Source: an uncultured Bacteroidales bacterium (GTDB lineage Bacteria; Bacteroidota; Bacteroidia; Bacteroidales; Muribaculaceae). Taken from it: a stretch of 64,000 nucleotides of DNA. The position numbers and the translations under genes were made by a program. A model generated the notes under the pieces. It was not told the DNA's origin, did no database searches, and worked only from the letters and a program-made list of their open reading frames with translations. The stretch is taken from NCBI GenBank assembly GCA_902760865.1, contig CACWID010000010.1:16864-80863 (forward strand), given 5' to 3'. This document shows positions 27,825 to 36,749 of this stretch, piece after piece (position 1 is the stretch's first letter; each line of letters starts with the position of its first letter).

Positions 27825-28940
27825 ATGAAGATATTATTCGCTGGCGATGCCAGTAACCTGCATAACTGCCTGGCCCAGGAGCTGCGGCGAATGGGACACG
27901 AGGCGACGGTGGCATCCGACGGTTCCCGCTGGATGGACACCCATCGAGACATCAACCTGCTGAGGCGCCCCGGCAAACTGGGCGCCCTGCGCTACTTGTG
28001 GGACATCAAGCGGGCCCTGCCGCAGATGACGGGGTATGACATCGTGGAGATAGCGTCCCCCATCTTCCTGCGCCTGAGGCCTCACCGTATCGCCCGCGTC
28101 TTTGACTACCTGAAGGCCAACAACCGCCACGTCGTCCTCTCGGCCCTGGCCACCGATGTGGTCTATTATGACGCCTGCCATGACGGGCACACCTTCCGTT
28201 ACAGCGATTATATGCTGGGTGACGAGCCTTCGCCCTACGTCGGCTCGGCCGAATATGTTTCCAACCAGCAGGACAACTGGAACGCACCATTCATGCGCGA
28301 ACACAACGACCACATCGTGTCGGGCATCGACGGCGCCGTGGCGTGCCTCTATGAGTATTATGTGGCTTACAAGCCTGTGCTGGGCGACCGCGTGGCCTAT
28401 GGCGGCATTCCCATCGACACCGCGTCGCTGGAGTACCGTCCACTGGAATCCGTCCCTGTCAAGGTGCGCCTGTTTATCGGCATCCAGCGCGACCGCCATG
28501 TCGTCAAGGGGACAGACCGCCTGCTGGCAGCGATGAAGCGCGTGCATGACCGCTATCCCGGCATCACCGAGCTCGAGGTTGTCGAGAACCTGCCCTACGA
28601 CGAATACACGCGCCGCATGCGCGAGTCGCATGTCATCCTGGACCAGCTCTACAGCTACACGCCCGGGACCAATGCCCTCATCGCCATGGCCCAGGGCCTT
28701 GTTGCCGTCTCGGGAGCCGAGCCTGAGTATTATGACCTCATCGGCGAGACGGCCAACAAGCCGATTGTCAATGTCTCGCCCCTGGTAGAGGGCGACATCG
28801 ACCGCAAACTCAGCTGGCTGGTCGAGCATCGCGACGAACTGCCCCAGATGGCTCGTGCGAGCCGCGCCTTTGTCGAAAAACACAACGCTGCACCAGTGGT
28901 GGCGCAGCGCTATCTTGATTTCTGGAAAAAACTCGATTAG
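27825..28940 (+). CDS. GT-B fold glycosyltransferase (family 1/4-like)
   Basis: Start at ATG 27825, 9 nt after a TACTTTTG -7 box. N-terminus MKILFAGD is Rossmann-like. C-terminal YTPGTNALIAMAQGLVAVSGAEPE resembles the GT1 E-x7-E region. Confidence 0.6.
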   Translation: MKILFAGDASNLHNCLAQELRRMGHEATVASDGSRWMDTHRDINLLRRPGKLGALRYLWDIKRALPQMTGYDIVEIASPIFLRLRPHRIARVFDYLKANNRHVVLSALATDVVYYDACHDGHTFRYSDYMLGDEPSPYVGSAEYVSNQQDNWNAPFMREHNDHIVSGIDGAVACLYEYYVAYKPVLGDRVAYGGIPIDTASLEYRPLESVPVKVRLFIGIQRDRHVVKGTDRLLAAMKRVHDRYPGITELEVVENLPYDEYTRRMRESHVILDQLYSYTPGTNALIAMAQGLVAVSGAEPEYYDLIGETANKPIVNVSPLVEGDIDRKLSWLVEHRDELPQMARASRAFVEKHNAAPVVAQRYLDFWKKLD

Positions 28941-28994
28941 AAACCTGTCAATCTTGGTGGGGATTCCTCATCCCTACGGTTGATGGTCAACCGA

Positions 28995-30074
28995 TTACAT
29001 GTACTTGCCGACGGCAGCCTTGAGTCGTGTGGCGTCCTCGACGCGCTCGACGATCTCGCCGTTGCGGATGATGAACGTGGTGGGCATTCCCGTCACGTTA
29101 TAGGTGCCCACGGTCTTAGAGTTGACGCCCATGGGGTCATAGACGGTGATCCAGGGCAGGTTCCTGGCTGATTCGCGCCATGCGACGTTGTCGGGATCGA
29201 TGCTCACCTGGTAGATTTCGAGTCCGTGGCTGTGATAGGACTTGTAGATGTCGTTGAGCAGTTTGTTCATCTGCGGTGAGATCTCGGTGGCATAGGCCGT
29301 GAAGTCCAGCAGCACGATGCGGTTGTTGGCGGCTACCTGCGAGAGCTTGTGCTCCTTGCCGTTGTAGTCCTGCAGCTTGATGTCGATGATGGAGGCCACG
29401 TCGGCATAGACCGTGTCGGTGGGTGCCGACATCGAGCGACGGCGACGCTGGCCGTCGAGCAGCACGTTCACCAGGTAGTCGGTACGGGGGTCGTTGGGGC
29501 GGAACGAGTTGAAGGCGTTGGCCACGGCACCGATGATGCGCAGGTCGTTGTCGTTCATCGGGTCAAACAGCGGCCTGTTGCCGATGTACTTGTTGATGGT
29601 GTAGTAGGCGACGATGCCGCTGGGGTCGGCCACAATCTGCCGTGCCAGCTGGTCTTTCCAGGCCTGCATTGCGGCCTCGTCGGCTCCGGTGCTGGCCAGG
29701 CGTATGGCTTCCTTGTCAATCTTCATCACCTGCTCGGCATGCTCGCTGCCGCCGATGGTGTAGTCGGTGGCATAGTTGGGCATCTTGGCTGTAATCGTCA
29801 GGTGGTCAAGGCTGTCGATGGGGAAACAGATGGCCTGGTCGCCCATGCGCAGCTGGTAGATGCTGGGAACCTGCGGCGCGGTTGCACTGATGCTAAACTT
29901 GCCGCCCTTGTCCACCTTGACACTGTCGATGATTAACCACTCGCCGTTGCTCGACTGCTCGAGGACGAGGGTGGTGTCGCTGGCTCCGTCTATCGAGCCG
30001 TCGATGTGAAACTTGTTGCCGTTACACGCCGTTAATGCAACGACGGCGCATATCATCATGAAAATCTTCTTCAT
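28995..30074 (-). CDS. TlpA/thioredoxin-like fold lipoprotein lacking the CxxC active site
   Basis: 359 aa. Lipobox ALTAC. The C-terminal Trx-like fold (IVLLDFTAYATEISPQ...GMPTTFII) has YATEIS where WCxxC is expected. Confidence 0.65.
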   Translation of the reverse strand: MKKIFMMICAVVALTACNGNKFHIDGSIDGASDTTLVLEQSSNGEWLIIDSVKVDKGGKFSISATAPQVPSIYQLRMGDQAICFPIDSLDHLTITAKMPNYATDYTIGGSEHAEQVMKIDKEAIRLASTGADEAAMQAWKDQLARQIVADPSGIVAYYTINKYIGNRPLFDPMNDNDLRIIGAVANAFNSFRPNDPRTDYLVNVLLDGQRRRRSMSAPTDTVYADVASIIDIKLQDYNGKEHKLSQVAANNRIVLLDFTAYATEISPQMNKLLNDIYKSYHSHGLEIYQVSIDPDNVAWRESARNLPWITVYDPMGVNSKTVGTYNVTGMPTTFIIRNGEIVERVEDATRLKAAVGKYM

Positions 30075-30183
30075 CTGTTACTGTATTTTTATTGTCCAAA
30101 TAAAACGTGCGAAATTACTCCATTTTTTCCACATGGCCAAGAAAACGCAAAACTATCAAGTCTTCTGGCCCCGGCTGAGGGCC

Positions 30184-30221
30184 AAAAACAAAAAAGAAAA
30201 GACCCGCCATCTCAGCGGGTC
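30184..30221 (-). terminator. rho-independent terminator of the GH13 gene
   Basis: GACCCGC-N7-GCGGGTC stem, followed on the minus strand by TTTTCTTTTTTGTTTTT. Confidence 0.8.
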
Positions 30222-30402
30222 CCTCCAATCGTTTACTCTAAATCTTTACCTTATGAAAAAATATTACCCAAAAAAATCGCTGCAAAAGTACTGCCAAATC
30301 CGCGATGTGACCACATACTTTTAGTTAAAAAATATTAAACCAACAGTTTTCATATCTTTTTAGGACATTTTTGGGTGAATAACGGGTGCCAATCCGTCAA
30401 AA

Positions 30403-33400
30403 CTAAGCGTATGATTTTGACAAAATCATGTTGATCAGCGTCGTGACATCCGAGATGTTCACCTCATGGTCGCCATTGACGTCGGCGGTGTCGACATGGG
30501 CGCTATCGGTGCCTTGCAGGATGATGTTGATCAGCGTCGTGATATCGGCGATATTCACCTGTCCGTCGCTGTTCACGTCGCCGGGCATGTGGCTATACTG
30601 GTCGGTGATGTCGGCCACCGTATATTTGTTGCTCGTCGAGGTGATTTCCAGGTAAATGTCCTTGTTGATGCCCGTCACATCTACGCTCTGGTGCTCGCTG
30701 TCGCCCTGGCTGAGCACGACGTTGAAGGTGTAGTCCTCACTGCCGACGTTGAAGGTGCGGTAGTAGAACCGCTGGCCCATCACCGTCTTTGTGGCCGTGA
30801 TGCGCACTCCGGGCCAAGTGTCGCTGATGACGCCCGCGTTGTCCCATGCATACACATAGACGTTGCTCCAGTTGTTGGGCGAGGTGGTGGGATCCTTGAT
30901 ATAGACCGTGGCGGTGTAGGGGACAAAGCCATGGAAGATGTATTCGCGCTGGACGACGTTGCGAACCTTGCCCTCGTAGAGCACACCGGCGGTGAGCACC
31001 GTGTTGTCGGTGAAGGTCAGGGTCACGTGGCCCGTAGCATGGGCGCTCGAGGCGGTGGGCATCGTGCCGTTGGTGGTATAGACGATGACGGCATCGTTCT
31101 CGCTGGCCGTGATGGTCACGCTCACGCTGCCCTCATACTGGCCGCTGGGCTTGTCGATGGTCAGGGTGGGGGCGGGCGAGGTATAGTTGGTCACCTCGTG
31201 GTGCCAGTTGCCGTCGATGTAGTAGCCGTGGTTGCGGAAGGTCAGATCGCTCGTCTGAGTGCCGTCGGTGACAAAGATGATGCCTGTCGGGACGCTGGTG
31301 AGCGAGCCGCCGTAGGTCCACTTCCAGATGCGGCGGGTGCCGTCGCTGGTGGTGCCCATCAGCGTCATGGCCTCGCCCGGCCAGGTTCCGCCCGTGAAGT
31401 TGCTGCTGCTGTTCCATATCCACGTCGTGACGCTGCTCACACCGGTGCCGGTCTCTAGGAATACGCTCATGTCGTCCTCCTCGCAGCTGGGCTCATACAC
31501 CTCGACCGGAGTCACAGGCGACGTGCCGTTGCCCTCGCCGTCGTTGCTCGAGAGCTCTTCCTGGGTACCGTCATAGCTCATTACCGTGCCGGCATTGGGG
31601 CTGCTGGTGTACAGGTAGGGGCCGTCGGTGCCGATTTTTCCGGGAGCGGGCGTCTTGGAGGTCGAGAGGACATAGATGCGCATGTTGCCCTGGCCGCTGC
31701 ACGATGTGGTGGTCAGCGTGCCGTTGGTCACGGTCTTGACATCGCCCGTGATGCAGTCGGTGTAGGTGCCGTTGAGCACATTGGTGAACGTAGCAGAGCC
31801 GTTGATGGTCACCAGCACATAGCTGTCGGTGTTGCTGTCGGTGTAACGGCGCTTGAAGGCATAGCCGCCCGACGAACTGCAGCCGCTGGTGCTGTACTGG
31901 CCCTTGCGCAGCGCAGGTACGGCCTGGCGGATGCGGTTGAGGCGCTGCAGGTGCTTCACCAGGGGTTTGCTCAGCGTGGCGGCGAGGTTGCCGGTGGCTC
32001 CGCTGGCGACGCCGAAGTCACTGGTGGTCACCTGCCCCTTGATGTAGCCGCCATAGTAGGCGCGGCCACTGTCCTTGAGGGGGCCGTTGCCGCCTGGGTC
32101 GATGGTCTTGCCGGCCTTGAACTCGATTTCGCTGCCGTAGTACAGGCACGGAATGCCGCGGAAGGTGAACATCAGGCTCAGGTTCTCGGCCCACTGATTG
32201 GTGCCCTCGTTGAAGCGGATGTTGTCGTTGGGGCCGGGGCTGTAGTCGTGGCTATCGACATACACGACATTGTAGGTCGCGTCGTTGTAATATTTGTCGC
32301 CGTTGATGGCCAGGTTCCACACGCTGCCGATGTTGTGGAACGAGTAGTGGACCGGGAAGTCGATGACGTTCAGGCCCGAGGCGCGGCTCACGTCGGGAGT
32401 ATGATAGGTGTTGCCGTTGAGCACGGCGTTGCTTGACGTGGGCATCGAACTGCTGGTCTCGGTGCAGTTGTCGGCATACATCTGCTGGCAGGAGCTGATG
32501 TTGGCGAGCGTGCTCAGGTCGGTGCTCTCGTAGATGGCCACGCCGTCCCAGTAGCTGGCAGTATTGTTCCAGCTGTAGTCCTTGTTCTCGGCCCAGGTGT
32601 AGAAATAGGGCGACAGGGCGGGCTGGTTGCGGTAGGTCACGCTGCCCTGGAAGCGGGCGCACACCTCGGTGCACAGGAAGAAGTCGGCCTGGTTGAGGCG
32701 TTTGTGCTTGTACTGCTCGCCCAGAGCCTGGAAGGCGGGAATATAGACCTTGTTGAACGTCAAGCGAGAGATATGGCCGCCCGTGTCGATGCGGAAACCG
32801 TCAACGCCCATCTTGATAAACGAGCCGTAGCAGTCAATCAGGTAATCGGCAACGGCCTGGTTCTCGGTGTTCAGGTCCACGCAGTCGCCGGCGATCTGGG
32901 CCCACCAGCGCGTGTTGTCATCCCAGTTGAACTGGCCGAAGTGGTGCCAGTAGTTGTGGTTATCGTGATTCTGGTTATCGGTATTTTTCATCTGCTTCAG
33001 TCGGGCGTCATATTGCTGTCCGCTGGGCAGGTTGGCGTAGTTTGTCGGCAGTTTTCCGCCCACCGAGTCGGTGGTGTAGGGCTTCATGCACTCGTTGATC
33101 TTGAACTGGTTGGCGCTCCAGTCGCGGGTGAACAGTTTGCACAGGTGTTCCTCGCCGAAGTTGCCCGTGTGGTTGAGTACCACGTCGAGCAGCACCTTCA
33201 TGCCGCGGGCGTGAGCCTCGTCGATGAGCGTCTGGAATGTCGTGTCGCCGCTCTCATAGCGGTGGTCAACGCTCGAGAAGTTCCTCGCGTGGTAGCCGTG
33301 ATAGTCAAGGCCGGACGCGTTCTCCACGATGGGAGTGACCCACACGGCGGTGAAACCCAGCGCCTTGATATAGTCCAGCTTGTCGATAAGCCCCTTGAAG

Positions 33401-33624
33401 TCGCCGCGCCAGCAGGGGTCGCCGTGATTGGCTCCGGCGGCATCCCAGCACTGGGCATTGTTGCCCGGATCGCCGTCATAGAAGCGCGTGGTGATCACAA
33501 AGTAGATGCTCTCGTCGCGGAAGTCGTTGCGTGGCCCCACAAAGGCACTCCACGCCTGTTGCCATGCCGTCACGGCCAACAGCAACAAAACAATAGACTT
33601 AATCAGTGTACTCCTGTCTTTCAT
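30403..33624 (-). CDS. GH13 alpha-amylase family enzyme with C-terminal beta-sandwich modules and dockerin pair
   Basis: 1073 aa with a signal peptide. GH13 conserved regions DVVLNHTG, GVDGFRIDTGGH and VYVDSHD. C-terminus GDVNSDGQVNIADITTLINIIL...ADVNGDHEVNISDVTTLINMIL. Confidence 0.85.
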   Translation of the reverse strand: MKDRSTLIKSIVLLLLAVTAWQQAWSAFVGPRNDFRDESIYFVITTRFYDGDPGNNAQCWDAAGANHGDPCWRGDFKGLIDKLDYIKALGFTAVWVTPIVENASGLDYHGYHARNFSSVDHRYESGDTTFQTLIDEAHARGMKVLLDVVLNHTGNFGEEHLCKLFTRDWSANQFKINECMKPYTTDSVGGKLPTNYANLPSGQQYDARLKQMKNTDNQNHDNHNYWHHFGQFNWDDNTRWWAQIAGDCVDLNTENQAVADYLIDCYGSFIKMGVDGFRIDTGGHISRLTFNKVYIPAFQALGEQYKHKRLNQADFFLCTEVCARFQGSVTYRNQPALSPYFYTWAENKDYSWNNTASYWDGVAIYESTDLSTLANISSCQQMYADNCTETSSSMPTSSNAVLNGNTYHTPDVSRASGLNVIDFPVHYSFHNIGSVWNLAINGDKYYNDATYNVVYVDSHDYSPGPNDNIRFNEGTNQWAENLSLMFTFRGIPCLYYGSEIEFKAGKTIDPGGNGPLKDSGRAYYGGYIKGQVTTSDFGVASGATGNLAATLSKPLVKHLQRLNRIRQAVPALRKGQYSTSGCSSSGGYAFKRRYTDSNTDSYVLVTINGSATFTNVLNGTYTDCITGDVKTVTNGTLTTTSCSGQGNMRIYVLSTSKTPAPGKIGTDGPYLYTSSPNAGTVMSYDGTQEELSSNDGEGNGTSPVTPVEVYEPSCEEDDMSVFLETGTGVSSVTTWIWNSSSNFTGGTWPGEAMTLMGTTSDGTRRIWKWTYGGSLTSVPTGIIFVTDGTQTSDLTFRNHGYYIDGNWHHEVTNYTSPAPTLTIDKPSGQYEGSVSVTITASENDAVIVYTTNGTMPTASSAHATGHVTLTFTDNTVLTAGVLYEGKVRNVVQREYIFHGFVPYTATVYIKDPTTSPNNWSNVYVYAWDNAGVISDTWPGVRITATKTVMGQRFYYRTFNVGSEDYTFNVVLSQGDSEHQSVDVTGINKDIYLEITSTSNKYTVADITDQYSHMPGDVNSDGQVNIADITTLINIILQGTDSAHVDTADVNGDHEVNISDVTTLINMILSKSYA

Positions 33625-33662
33625 CTTGTTATTAATTATATGGTTATACTTAATTAGTGTAG

Positions 33663-33670
33663 CAAAAGTA
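33663..33670 (-). promoter_or_regulatory. -7 box TACTTTTG (minus strand)
   Basis: About 40 nt upstream of the GH13 start at 33624. A second candidate, TAAATTTG, lies at 33691-33698. Confidence 0.55.
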
Positions 33671-33788
33671 GGCCGTTTTTATAAAACCTGCAAATTTATT
33701 TGAATTTTTTGGACATTTTTGCAGTGATTTTTGGAAATTATGGCCAAATTTATTTGGCCTTTTTGTTCAGATATATGTGGATTTTTTG

Positions 33789-33796
33789 TAAGTTTG
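33789..33796 (+). promoter_or_regulatory. -7 box TAAGTTTG
   Basis: Upstream of the small lipoprotein gene. Confidence 0.5.
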
Positions 33797-33821
33797 CAGT
33801 TTGAATATGAAGAGTCAAGAG

Positions 33822-34136
33822 ATGAGACATTTGTTATATCTGGTGGCTGTGGTGGCTGTGCTGCTGGCGGGTTGTTCCGAGAAGAAGTCGCCGCTCGATG
33901 CCGAGGCGCGCGACAGTGGCATGAGAGCCGCTGCCGCCCTCGTGGCTGTGGACCACACCGACACGATGGCGATGGAGCGTGCCGTCATGGACGCCAAGGC
34001 CAAGCAGAGCGTGTATGCGCTCCAGCGCGATTCGGCTGCTGTGCGGGCCTTTGACGATGCGTTCCGCTCCTACCTCAAGGAGAAAGACCGCAGCCTGTAC
34101 CAATCCATTTTCCCCGAAGACACAAAGAAACGATGA
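33822..34136 (+). CDS. small lipoprotein, unknown function
   Basis: Lipoprotein signal MRHLLYLVAVVAVLLAGC. Upstream in-frame starts at 33801 and 33807 lie only 5-11 nt after the -7 box. Coupled to the next gene by an ATGA overlap. Confidence 0.5.
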   Translation: MRHLLYLVAVVAVLLAGCSEKKSPLDAEARDSGMRAAAALVAVDHTDTMAMERAVMDAKAKQSVYALQRDSAAVRAFDDAFRSYLKEKDRSLYQSIFPEDTKKR

Positions 34137-34795
34137 GACGATTACCGATCCTGTTGATTATCATGATGGTCCTGCTGACGGCCTGTGATTCCGCATCACG
34201 TCGCGGCGAGGCCCTGGGACGCGATTTCCTCGCGTCGTGGGGCGACACGGCGGCGATGCACGAGACCGTGAAGCGCTTTGACGCCCTGCGCAACGACAGC
34301 CTCAGCTGGCCGTGGCAGGTCAAGGCCGCCAACCGCGCCTTTGCCGGCGTGCTGATGTCCGACGGCCGTGACTCGTTGTTCCAGGCCGCCCACGTGATCT
34401 GCCTGTCCCCGCGGGAACTGGCACAGCTCAAGTGCCCTCCCATGGTCGAGTTGTTGAAGAAGCGGGTGTTTGTCACCGACTCTGCCGCCGACTACCTGTC
34501 CCTGGTGCATTGGCTGTGTTACACGGTGGGCTATGACCGCCATGTGGAGGTCTTTGACAGCACGTTGCAGGCCATTGTCGACGGTTTCTCATTGCGCGAG
34601 CAGATGGACGTCTATGTGCAGGCCTCGCGTCCCGGAGCATTGGGCGCCGCCCTGGCTGCCGACGCCAACCAACCTGATGCCGACATGGACGACATCAATG
34701 CCCGCATCGACATCCTGCGCAACATGTACACTCCCGCCGACTTCAAAACCTTTGAGGACGCCTACAACGCCGCCCTCAAGAAGAAACAACAATAG
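34133..34795 (+). CDS. lipoprotein, unknown function
   Basis: 220 aa. Lipobox LLTAC. I recognise no family. Confidence 0.5.
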   Translation: MRRLPILLIIMMVLLTACDSASRRGEALGRDFLASWGDTAAMHETVKRFDALRNDSLSWPWQVKAANRAFAGVLMSDGRDSLFQAAHVICLSPRELAQLKCPPMVELLKKRVFVTDSAADYLSLVHWLCYTVGYDRHVEVFDSTLQAIVDGFSLREQMDVYVQASRPGALGAALAADANQPDADMDDINARIDILRNMYTPADFKTFEDAYNAALKKKQQ

Positions 34796-34799
34796 CCCC

Positions 34800-34848
34800 C
34801 ATCTAACATCTAACGTCTAACATCTAACGTCTAACATCTAACGTCTAA
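34800..34848. repeat. 7-nt tandem array CRTCTAA, 7 units
   Basis: catctaa catctaa cgtctaa catctaa cgtctaa catctaa cgtctaa. Fills the gap between the lipoprotein stop and the polyprenyl synthase ATG. Confidence 0.9.
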
Positions 34849-34851
34849 AAT

Positions 34852-35826
34852 ATGAAAACATTCCAAGAGTATCTTGACATCATCAACAAGGCTATTGCCG
34901 AGATTCCTTATCCCGAGTCCCCGCGCCAGCTCTATGAGCCCATCGCCTATCACATGGCCCTGGGCGGCAAACGCATTCGTCCCGTGCTGGTGCTCATGGC
35001 CTGTGACGCCATGGGCGGAAGTGTCGATGTGGCTGTCGATGCCGCATTGGGCATCGAGATGTTCCATAACTTCACGCTGTTGCACGACGATGTGATGGAC
35101 AACGCCGACGTGCGTCGCGGCAAGACTACCGTCCACCGCCGCTGGAACGCCAACACCGCCATCCTGAGCGGCGACACGATGCTGACCATCGCTACCCAGT
35201 ATATTGCTCGCATGGACGGGCGCAACAGCCGGGCGTTGATGGACCTGTTCAACAAGACCGCTATCGAGATCTATGAGGGACAGCAGTGGGACATGGACTA
35301 CGAGGAGCGCGACAATGTCACCGTCGATGAGTACATCAACATGATACGCTTGAAGACCTCCGTCCTGCTAGGCTGCGCCCTCAAGTCCGGAGCCCTCGTC
35401 GCTGGAGCCGACAACGCCAACGTCGAACTCTTCTATGAGGCGGGCGTGAATATGGGGCTGGCGTTCCAGCTCAGGGACGACCAGCTTGACGTGTGGGGCG
35501 ACCCGGAGACCTTCGGCAAGGAGATTGGCGGCGATATCATGAACAACAAGAAGACCTTCCTGCTCATCAATGCCATGCGGCTTGCCCAGGGTGACGATGC
35601 CGACGAGCTGCGTCACTGGCTCAACGACCCCTTTGCTACGCGCGAGGATAAGGTGAGAGGCGTGACGGCCCTCTATGAACGCCTGGGCGTGCGCCAGCTG
35701 GCCGAAGAAGCCATTGCACACTACAACGACCTGGCCGTGGCAGCCTTCAACAGGATCGTCATGCCGGACCGCGACAAACAAGCTTTCATCGCCTTGACCA
35801 ACAAATTGGCAGGAAGAAATAACTAG
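34852..35826 (+). CDS. polyprenyl diphosphate synthase (trans-IPPS family)
   Basis: 324 aa. First Asp-rich motif LLHDDVMD and second FQLRDDQLD. Confidence 0.9.
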   Translation: MKTFQEYLDIINKAIAEIPYPESPRQLYEPIAYHMALGGKRIRPVLVLMACDAMGGSVDVAVDAALGIEMFHNFTLLHDDVMDNADVRRGKTTVHRRWNANTAILSGDTMLTIATQYIARMDGRNSRALMDLFNKTAIEIYEGQQWDMDYEERDNVTVDEYINMIRLKTSVLLGCALKSGALVAGADNANVELFYEAGVNMGLAFQLRDDQLDVWGDPETFGKEIGGDIMNNKKTFLLINAMRLAQGDDADELRHWLNDPFATREDKVRGVTALYERLGVRQLAEEAIAHYNDLAVAAFNRIVMPDRDKQAFIALTNKLAGRNN

Positions 35827-35827
35827 C

Positions 35828-35889
35828 CACTATAGCAAACTATAGTCACTATAGCCACTATAGTATCTATAGTAACTATAGCTTCTAGA
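35828..35889. repeat. 9-nt tandem array ACTATAGNN, ~7 units
   Basis: cactatagc aaactatagt cactatagc cactatagt atctatagt aactatagc ttctagagc. Starts 2 nt after the polyprenyl synthase stop. Confidence 0.9.
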
Positions 35890-35902
35890 GCAAATAATTG
35901 AC

Positions 35903-36673
35903 ATGATTGACAGCCACAGTCATATTTATTGCGATGCCTTTGACGAGGACCGCGACGAGGTGATTGCACGCGCCCGTGAAGCAGGCGTGCGTCACATCGT
36001 CCTGCCCAACGAGAACCTCGAGAGTGTGCCCCGCCTGGCCGCGCTGCACGCGCAGTACCCGGACTACGTCTCGATGGCGCTGGGACTGCACCCCGAGGAT
36101 GTACACGACGACTATCTAGACGTGCTCGGCCGGATGCGCCCCCTGCTCGACCAGTACCCAGTCGTGGCCATCGGCGAAATCGGCATCGACCTGTATTGGG
36201 ACAAGACCTGGCGCGAACAGCAACATCGGGCACTCGACATCCAGCTGCACTGGTGCCACGAGTTGGGAGTACCCTTCATCATGCACTGCCGTGAGGCGCT
36301 CGACGACATCCTCGATGTCATCGACCACCTGGATTGCCCGGTGCCGCGTGGCGTGTTCCACTGCTTTGCCGAGACGCCGGCCGACGTTGAGCGTGTCCGC
36401 CACAGGGGCGACTTCTACTTCGGCGTGAACGGCGTGGTCACTTTCAAGAAGAGCACCGTACCCCAGCTGCTGCCCGTCATCGGCCTCGACCGCCTGCTGC
36501 TGGAAACCGACGCCCCCTATCTGACGCCCGTGCCCCACCGCGGCAAGCGCAACGAGAGTGCCTACATCCCCCACATCAACGACTTCGTCGCCAAGCAACT
36601 CGGCGTCACGCCCGAGGCCGTTAGTGCCGCCACCGACCGCAACGCCCAAGAACTCTTTAACTTGAAGCTATAG
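35903..36673 (+). CDS. TatD family metal-dependent hydrolase
   Basis: 256 aa. N-terminal IDSHSHIY, then EIGIDLYW, HCREA and ETDAPYL. Confidence 0.9.
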   Translation: MIDSHSHIYCDAFDEDRDEVIARAREAGVRHIVLPNENLESVPRLAALHAQYPDYVSMALGLHPEDVHDDYLDVLGRMRPLLDQYPVVAIGEIGIDLYWDKTWREQQHRALDIQLHWCHELGVPFIMHCREALDDILDVIDHLDCPVPRGVFHCFAETPADVERVRHRGDFYFGVNGVVTFKKSTVPQLLPVIGLDRLLLETDAPYLTPVPHRGKRNESAYIPHINDFVAKQLGVTPEAVSAATDRNAQELFNLKL

Positions 36674-36692
36674 TTACTATAGCCACTATAAA
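36668..36692. repeat. 9-nt tandem array CTATAGNNN, ~3 units
   Basis: ctatagtta ctatagcca ctataaa. The TAG stop of the TatD-family gene is part of the first unit. Confidence 0.85.
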
Positions 36693-36695
36693 ACA

Positions 36696-36728
36696 CGAGG
36701 GCCCGCAGCGTTGTGTTGCGGGCCCTCG
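36696..36728. terminator. bidirectional terminator-like hairpin between convergent genes
   Basis: 12-bp stem CGAGGGCCCGCA/TGCGGGCCCTCG. Confidence 0.6.
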
Positions 36729-36749
36729 TTGTCTCGTGCTGGTCGATGA

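Noticed and set aside
27735-27976. Mutually overlapping extended ORFs of the divergent glycosyltransferase genes (27735 plus-strand start, 27976 minus-strand start).
   Set aside because: The extensions overlap each other and the shared promoter region. The canonical GT2 N-terminus (MEVTIIIPVYN) and GT1 N-terminus (MKILFAGD) begin at internal ATGs 27754 and 27825.
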